Shown piece after piece: positions 56,154 to 64,000 of a DNA stretch of 64,000 nucleotides. The position numbers and the translations under genes are program-made. Positions within the stretch are counted from its first letter, which is position 1. Each line of letters begins with the position of its first letter. Origin of the DNA: Sarea resinae. Taxonomy: Eukaryota. Below the pieces are notes generated by a model. The model saw only the letters and a program-made list of their open reading frames with translations. It searched no databases and was not told the origin of the DNA. The DNA is taken from positions 124,001 to 188,000 of the forward strand of contig JAPEUD010000027.1 in assembly GCA_026026165.1 (NCBI GenBank). The letters are read 5' to 3'.

Positions 56154-59100
56154 ATGCCTCCATCTAAGCGCAAACGTTCAAGCAGTATCAATACTCCCTC
56201 GACGTCCGATAAACGCGTAAAGGGTGCTTCAACGGACTCCAACCATCAGATAACTACCGAAGCGGATGCCAGTGCTGTCAACTCAAGCCCAGAAGAAGAG
56301 AGTTCAAGCGGACCATTTTGGAATGCCAGGTGTATCTTGAATGAGCGAGCTGGCAAATTTCAAGTAGATTGGGAGGACAACGAAGTAACTGGTGAAAAAT
56401 ACAGCCCAACTTGGGTGAGTCGGTCTTGGGTTCTGCGATGCTATCCTTACTGGCTCGTCGCGATTCTTTGCTGCTGAGGAAATCACGGTTTGACAATTGG
56501 TCTTTAGGAACCCAGGCGCCACCTGGGAGCGGGCCTTCTCGAGGACTGGAACCAGAAGAAGAAGGAGAAAAGAGAGCAGAAGGCTCAACTAACTAAAGCA
56601 CGGCGCTCCCTCACCAGAGCTCCCAAACGTCAATCGAACGCTGATCCGGCTGAAGAAGCCACGCTAGCTAGAGCTTCTAAACGTCTCAGGAGACGCGTCC
56701 CAAGCTCCTCGCAAGAAGAGCAGGCTACTGATACCCCCATCAGGAAACCTATCGAGGAAGCCACTGCCGAGCAGTCCTCTTCTCTTCACGATCACAGTCC
56801 CCTCCAACCTGGTCAGGAAGTGGAGGTGCAGGAGAGCCAAAGTCAGGAGATTCAAAAGGCTAACGAGCCACCCCATGCTCCTGCGCTTCAGATAGAAGTC
56901 CCCGAGCCTCCAGATCGAAATCAGTATCCCCTGTTCTCATCATTGTTTTCCCTTGCAACACAGGACCCTTCTCAAAAGCAGGCCGATCACCAAACCTCAT
57001 CACCGCTAAAACCTCAGGACAACGACCCTTGGCTCTCTGGCGAATCACAAGAGTCTTATCAAGAGCAAGTCAACGAAACTCAAGCTCGAGAAGAAGTGTT
57101 TGGACGCCGCATAATCGAGACTCCTGCCTTTAGAAACCAGGAGAGGGTGATACCAGATTCACAGCCTCTCACGACCACTAGCTTGCTTACATCTACATCA
57201 AGTAAAGGTGCCTCTGAAGGCATTTCACGGTGGCGTGCTGTGTCCACCAGAATTTCTCAAGTACACGACGAACAGCTCACAATAGTACCATCAAGTACTG
57301 CGATAGCTGGTCCTTGCCACAGCGACCCTGAGGAAGACGATTCTAGTCCACTAGCTCCATTTGAAACACGCTCCGAGACTCGCCTTGGTTCGTCATCTAA
57401 CCAGTCGGGGACTTCAACTTCATCCCCTCCCCCAGAAAATCCTGAAGCTTCCCAAGAGACAGTCCATCTACCATCTACAACCGAGAGCTTCCAGCCCTCG
57501 AGTCCACTCAGTGAGATCGAAGACCTTGTCAGTAGCGACATACAGGTGAACGCAGACAACGGTGAGATTAGTCTCTCGCAAAAGAACACACCAACTCCTC
57601 CTGAAGACCATAGCACTTCTCGTCCAATCCTAGACGCCCAACCTCTAGAAGACAGAAGAGAACCAAATCGCCACCAGGAAAGCAATTGGCAGCCTGCGTC
57701 ACAACCACAAACATCTTCAATTGATCACCAGTTGGGTGAAAGTCGGTTATCTGGCCAGGAAACCTCATTGGGACAGGTCTCTGGCAAAGAAAGTATCGCG
57801 CACAATTCTGTCGCAGGTCCAGACAGCAGCGGGACTTTTACGGCCCAAGAAGCTCAGGCTCCCACTCAATTCCAGCCATCTGCCGAGAGCCTGGTGGATT
57901 TACCAGTAGCCAGACAGGCTTTCAAAGACGATACGACGAGCCAAGAGTCTTCTCAATACGATATCCGACTGCACACGGGGCCTGGAGGCAACCCCGGAGT
58001 TGATCCCTCTCGCGAGGAAATCGTGAAACTGCAGGTTCAGCCACCAGCACAGAAAAGTGAAGAGCCCACTGCGGTGCCAGAAGATAGTGCTGCCGTGCCT
58101 GCTCAAGACTATCAAGAAGGCATATCTACTCTATCAGCGTCGACCCCGACTGGCTCGCAAGAAGCCAGACAGGCTGTCAAATCCAGTGAGCGCACCGAAG
58201 AGCCTTCTCAGAACGTGACGGCTATAAGTGATTCCAAATCAAATCACACTGCCGAAGATAGCTCTCAGTTCCAAACACAGGTACCACTGAGCCTCGACAC
58301 GAGCACACAAAGTGAGCAAACGTGTCAGCGAAGCCGGATTTCCGGGTCTGATCAAGCGACTCAGGGTACGCAAAGAAGTGGTAAGTTTCGCGTTTCTGAT
58401 ATTAGGCTCTACATCTTATATTCGCCTCAGTTTTCTCTGCCCGAAAGCTCGGCGATCATATTTCTCAGATGTGGTATCTTACGCTGACACAAATTCAGAA
58501 ATTTGGCAGAGCGGACAGGCCACCTCACCAGTCATAAATTCGATAGAAACAGAACCACTTCAAGTCATAAGTGGTAGTCAAAGCACAGACAGATCGAGCA
58601 ACACAATCCTGCAGGATTCTGGAATCGCAAAGACTGCAAAGTCTGCATCTTCTAGTGCGGGGCTTACAGATCACAAGTCGCAACCCTCAAACGGAACGAA
58701 TTTGGTCCGCAAGTCCCAGTTTTCAGAGACGCTGGCATATTCTCGTCCAGAGTATTCTAGTCACAGTTCACCGATATTCCTGAATCGGTCGGCTAATCGA
58801 GACATCCGGACGGTTTCCGAGGCCGTTCATTCTGAAAAAGCGTCAGCTCCGTTACGTTCGCGGATTTCTTCCGACGACGAATTAAGAAGCCAGCTTGCAG
58901 GGATCATTGCTACTCCGTCGCGCCAAACGATGCCGGACTCATCAATTCGTCTCGCAGACACGCCAGGGGCCACTCTGCGAGAAAGAATAGAGAACATGAG
59001 AGCGCGAACCATTGCTGAGCGCGATGAACGTATTCGCGCGTCGTTGGGACGTCCATATCGATTTCCGGACGCTGGTCAAGAGACTGCAAGTCCTAGCCCG

Positions 59101-61371
59101 CCAGTGGGCGAGGAGTCGCCCCAGTCAGTTCGCGATCCGACAAAGTCGCCATCCGTGATTCCTGAAAAGGCCCCGGAGCAAGCCCCTCCATCACTTGAAG
59201 CTTCAGGGCCACCACATCTGCCGTTTACGCCAGCTCATCCTAGTCACTTGGCCCTTCACAAAGAGGTTTCCCGAGAGGCTGCGAGCTTGTCTGGGAGTCT
59301 CGGGAGACCCGAACTCGGCAAAATGGAGTTTGTAGTGCCGCTTCCAATGGACTTTCGAGTTCGTGACCAGTATGAGCAGGTAATATTCAACTACCGCGAC
59401 GAGATCGAGAAGTTCACTTCTGTGGTGATTGACTCAGGTCCTGAAAGATTTCCCAGTCAACGGGAGAACGCCAAATCTGCTGCTGAGCTCTCACAGCCGG
59501 AATTGATCGACGTTATGAAGGAAATGATTGAGCGTGTTAACAATGTCACCAATCATGCGGATATGGAGAACAACGGAACATTGACCCAGCAAGATGTGTC
59601 CGCAGAAGAAGAGGCAAAATGGGCTGAATCTTGCAGCTCTAAATTCAAATTCCTTCGCCGTTTTATCGATCTTAGCAGGTCTCAGGAAATACATGTGGCT
59701 ATTCTCGCCCAGTCGGGTAGGCTGCTTGATATCATTGAGAAGTTCCTGCAGGGAAATCATGTCGTTTATGATCGACCAGACAGGTATTCTCAGTCCGATT
59801 TGGCTGCCCAGGGACCTTTGAATGTCAGTCTTCTGGCGACTGGCGAAGCAGGCGCAAGCGCGATTGTCAGTACCGCTTCGCTTGTCATAGCTTTTGACGG
59901 GTCTTTCAATGCAGAGGATCGACACGTCCGAGCTTTGAGGTCGCACATGTTTAACGTGGGTCAACTCTCACCTGCTATTTCTTTGGTCATCACCAACTCG
60001 GCGGAGCATATCGAGAAGTGTTTACCACATGATCTCGCTGAGGACGAGAGGCTTCAAGCTTTAGTCGGATTAATAGCACAGAGGAGACATGCAGTGGGTG
60101 TACTGCCTGCAGATACATTACCGCCTACCGCTGCTGCCGATCGTGTTGTCGAGTTCCTTGCGATGGGGGGTCTGGAAGAGCAGTGGCCTCTGCCCCCAAT
60201 TGGAGAGCTGGCAGGGCTTCAAAGTGATCCGGAGTCTCATGTTTCTGGATCTGAACAGTCTACTTCAAGTGGCGAGGCTCAGTCCCAGACAACCGAAGTA
60301 AAAGAGTCCCGGAAGAGGGGTAGCTCTACCGTGGGCGACTTGGAACCAGGCGAAAGCAAAAAGGCTCGACCAGAGCAACCAAGTCAGTCTATTGATGCAG
60401 GTGGTGTAGAAGTGACGCACATCAGCGATTCACTTGGGGATCCGACGCAGACAAGCCCTCAACAAGCCGGTCGAAAAATAGTGCTGAATGTTGTCGAATC
60501 TAAGACTCGATCATCTCCCCACTCGACCACCAGAGAAGCGGGTCTCAGCCAACAGCTCCGTGAGACCACTCTCAAACTTCACAAAGCCGAGGCCAACCTC
60601 CAAGGCTACGAACAAGCTCTGTCAGACCTACAGTACCGCTTCGAAGACCAAACCACAGCCCTTGATCAATTGAGGAGAGAGCATACCTCATCGCTCGCCA
60701 CGGTCACCAACCTTCTCCACCGCATAGAGGTCCAAAAAGAAGAGATCTCTAAGCTGAAGGACGGGCAATCTTCACTACGAATCGAACTCCAGGCCGCCAG
60801 AGAAGACCTGAAGGCTTCCCCTGACCCAAACATCGCACTCATCGCGTCTCAGAAGGAAGAGATTTGCAACCTCTCAGAGGAGAAAAAGCGTTTAACAAAC
60901 AGTCTCAAGTCGACGGCGGCCGACTTCGATTTCACGCGCACCCAATATCAGAACGCCTCCAACGCAGCCGCTGATGCCGCCGTGGAAGTTAGTCAGCTCA
61001 AATCCTCTCTAGAGACGAGCGAACGCCGTCTGCGCAACCAGGACGAGGCAAGGAGACTAGAGAAGCACAACCACGATGCCGAGATGGCGACCCACGTCGA
61101 GCGTATCGACCGGCTCGAGACGGAGTGCACGGACCGCGATGAGCTGATCAGGAGACTTCAAGAGGAGAATGTGCGTCTTCGAGGCCGCGGGGTCACTACT
61201 CGAGCCAGCAGTCGGCCTCGGAGTCCCGTCCCTGGCCCGGCCGCGGGAGGCAGGTACAGTCGCGGCAGCAGTCCGAACGTGGCTGGATATTTGCCTCACG
61301 CTGGCGTGCCGGGCAGCGGAAACGGGAATCCCAAACACCCGTCCAAGCATCCGTTGAGGAACAATTGCTGA
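56154..61371 (+). CDS. Large chromodomain protein with Hda2/Hda3-like (Ccq1-like) domain and C-terminal coiled coil (3 exons)
   Basis: Chromo-like WNARCILNE...VDWED...YSPTW|EP; long S/Q/E disordered linker; EFVVPLPM...NNVTNH...SSKFKFL...LLDIIEKFL...VIAFD; heptad-rich tail. Introns 56415-56507 and 58381-58498. Confidence 0.78.
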
Positions 61372-62225
61372 TTGGATGGACGTTTTTGGTTGACCTCGTA
61401 TTATGTTCGTATCGGGGGGGGTTTTTTTTTTCTTCGTTTTGATTGCGGGCCGGGAAGGCCGGGGGGTTACTCTTAGCGTTTTCCTTTTCTTACTTTCTGG
61501 TCGTCTCCCTTTACCCTCTTGTCTGGTTGGGCGGGCACTTTTTTTTTACGTCTTCTCTTCCTTCTTTTTTCTTCTGGGCAGCGAGCCCTTGTTGGAGAAA
61601 ATGGTTGACTTTTTAGGTTCTTCGGCGTGTTTATTTTCTTCCACCGCTCGGTCGTACCATTCCAACCAAGCAACGACACAACACACGTACGTACGCTCGT
61701 TCTGGCGAAAGGATAAGACCAGCAGCAGAAGCAGCACTAGCAGCAGCAGTAGTAGTTTTGAATTGAAAGACCTATGTATACACACGCACACGCACACATA
61801 TGCACATACACACATGCACACGTATGCGCTGGATTGATTGATTGCTTGATTGCCTGTTTACTCCTCGTTGTTGTTGTTGTCATACCGGCGACGGAGTCTT
61901 ATCTATATGTATCCAAGACTAGGTAGACAGACGAACGTGAACGGAATGAGAGGATAGGCAAGCCAAGCAAGAAGACATGGAGGCAAGCAAGTAAGCAAGT
62001 AAGCAAGTAAGCAAGTCAGCAAGCAGGCAAACAGCACACCCCCTGAACAAACGAATAAATGAATGAATAGACCAAGAAGAAAAGAGATGAAAGAACAACG
62101 AGAGAAGAGACCCGAGAGAAGGAACCAAGCCAGCCTTATCCTTTTCCTTTCCTCTCCTCTCCTACCCGAACCTATCCCATCGTATCGTATCCTATCCTAT
62201 CCTATCCCAATAATAACCAAAATCC

Positions 62226-64000
62226 CTACTCCCGATCCCACGGCCCTCGTCTCAGCCGATCGTCGAAACCGAGGAACACGTGAGAGAGCGAGACGGCGGG
62301 ATCTCGGGCGCCGTGGTGTTCTTGTGGTGGTGGTGGCGGGTATGGGGAGGGGGAAAAGGACCGTGATTGTGAAGGCGAGGGCAAAGGCGAAGGGGATCGA
62401 GGTCGAGAAGGGGATCGAGAAGGGGGTGATTTGCGAGCGATCAGCGGTAGGGGTAGCGGGGATAGGAGGCGCGGGTTGGGGATCGCGATTGGGATTGGCA
62501 TTCCGTTTCGGTTTCGGTTTGGGTTTGATGGTGGTGGTGATGGAGCTGGAACTGGTAATGACGGTTGAGAGGTCCAGGGTGAGGGTACGGAAGACGAGGA
62601 AGACGAGGAAGACGAGGAAGACGAGGAGAAAGAGGATGGGAAGGAGAAAGGGGACGGAGGAGGACGGCGGACGGTATGCCTGGTCCTACGCATGACGAAG
62701 CTCACTTTCTTCGGGGGAAGAGCCGGACTGTCTCTCTTCTGGTTCGCGTGTACTGCTGGTGCTGCTGGTGCTGATTGTGCTGATTGTGCGTCTACTCGCA
62801 TGGTTTCTTCGCAGTGTCCGACTAGACCTGGGATCTCGTCTGCGTCTTCAGCATCACCATTCTCCTCGTCTTCTACTTCCTCGTCGAAGATGGGGCCCTG
62901 GTGATGTTGTCTTGCGCCTTGACGTCTTTCCTGCGTCTCGGTCCCTGCCTCTGTCTCTGACCCTGTTACTGTCTCCGGCACGAGCATGTCGTCTGTAGCG
63001 GCTGCCTCGGCGAAGATGGCGGGGATCAAGGACGAAAGGAACGCGGGACGGCGCCAAGGAGGCTCGGCTTCGCTACCTATAGGAGTCATGACCTTATTTT
63101 TCCTCTCAAGCGTCTTCGTTGCGGCTGTCGGGGTGGTGGCAGTAGTAGTAGTGGAAGGCGCAGCTGTAACATCAATCTCTCTTCTCCCGTCAATGAAGGT
63201 TTTCGACGCCGTCTTCTCTGAATGCATGGCATTATACTTCGACACCAGCGACGCTGTCTCTTCTTGCCCGTCTTCTTCCTTCGAACGAACATCCTCTCTC
63301 TTCACGATCGTCGTCCGGAGCGTTTTGACCGCCACGGCTACGGCGGCCGTCGAAGACCGGGATTGCGAATGGTTCGGGCGGTGGCGCTCTGCTGCATCGG
63401 GGCTCGGCTTGGCTTTGCTTGTAACCGGGGACGTAACCTCGCTGTTTACAGCCGCCACATCCTCATGATCCTGCTCCTCGATTCTCGTCGAAACATCCTG
63501 GAAGGAGACCTTCTTCTTCTTCGTCGTGGTAAGAGACGGCGAAGAGATAGAAGATGTCTCTGGCGAGGAGGACTTGGGGGAGAGAGAAGAAGGTTTCGTA
63601 TGGAAGATGTGGTCGTAGTAATAGTAGCCGTCCGCGTACGAAGTCGTGTCATGGTTTCTAGAGCGGTGCAGAGAAGAGATTGCCGGCGAGGTAGGAAGAC
63701 TTGCGGGAGAGGTAGTGGTCGCAGCCGCGGTGATGGCAGGTCCCTGGCTCCTCTTCTCGACGATGCAGTCCTTATCCGACCGCCCACGCTTGCGACATTC
63801 TTCGAGGATCGCGTCCATTTTCTCGTCCGAAGGCGCCTCAAACGTCTTCCTGAAGACACACTCCTTGTCCGGAATCCCTCGTTCGCGACATTTTTCCAGT
63901 GTCATGTCCATCTGTTCTCGGGTCGGGAGTCCCTGCATTTCTTCATCTGACAGGGTACTAAGCGCAGCGGTATATTCGGACATCATCGACGATTCGACCT
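62226..64000 (-). CDS. Hypothetical low-complexity protein, probably 5'-truncated by the window edge
   Basis: Frame is open from the window end for >=586 codons; internal Cys-containing repeat; S/T/P- and RS-rich tail. No family recognised. Confidence 0.55.
   Translation of the reverse strand, partial: VESSMMSEYTAALSTLSDEEMQGLPTREQMDMTLEKCRERGIPDKECVFRKTFEAPSDEKMDAILEECRKRGRSDKDCIVEKRSQGPAITAAATTTSPASLPTSPAISSLHRSRNHDTTSYADGYYYYDHIFHTKPSSLSPKSSSPETSSISSPSLTTTKKKKVSFQDVSTRIEEQDHEDVAAVNSEVTSPVTSKAKPSPDAAERHRPNHSQSRSSTAAVAVAVKTLRTTIVKREDVRSKEEDGQEETASLVSKYNAMHSEKTASKTFIDGRREIDVTAAPSTTTTATTPTAATKTLERKNKVMTPIGSEAEPPWRRPAFLSSLIPAIFAEAAATDDMLVPETVTGSETEAGTETQERRQGARQHHQGPIFDEEVEDEENGDAEDADEIPGLVGHCEETMRVDAQSAQSAPAAPAVHANQKRDSPALPPKKVSFVMRRTRHTVRRPPPSPFSFPSSFSSSSSSSSSSSSSVPSPWTSQPSLPVPAPSPPPSNPNRNRNGMPIPIAIPNPRLLSPLPLPLIARKSPPSRSPSRPRSPSPLPSPSQSRSFSPSPYPPPPPQEHHGARDPAVSLSHVFLGFDDRLRRGPWDRE
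62589..62624. repeat. (GGAAGACGA)x4 tandem repeat encoding poly-Ser on the minus strand
   Basis: Read directly from the sequence. Confidence 0.85.

Overview
Gene-dense, intron-rich genomic DNA from a filamentous ascomycete (Pezizomycotina; GT-AG introns with CTRAC branch sites). About 20 spliced protein-coding loci can be reconstructed by eye, in this order: septin CDC12 (3' part), GFA/CENP-V protein, inositol polyphosphate 5-phosphatase, CHY zinc finger, proteasome alpha4 PRE6, DLD2, Sid1-like STE20 kinase, RmlD-like epimerase, GH16 glucanase, a membrane protein of unknown function, b5-less sulfite oxidase, Cys-rich secreted/GPI-like protein, an F-box-like gene with one nonsense codon, TIM22, DUF4048 protein, PKP2/BCKDK-like kinase, USP7/UBP15, p24 protein, an 87-aa small protein, a chromodomain + Hda2/3-like + coiled-coil protein, and a low-complexity ORF cut by the window end. 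The most striking unannotated feature is the ORF-less AT-rich island at 40608-43227. It reads as a complete, RIP-destroyed two-gene PIF/Harbinger-type DNA transposon: a DDE transposase and a convergent Myb/SANT-like ORF between bipartite TIRs, with an atypical TA flank. A perfect 12-bp palindrome, TACTCCGGAGTA, also recurs at least 7 times, only in intergenic DNA. All family assignments come from motif recognition; no database searches were run.
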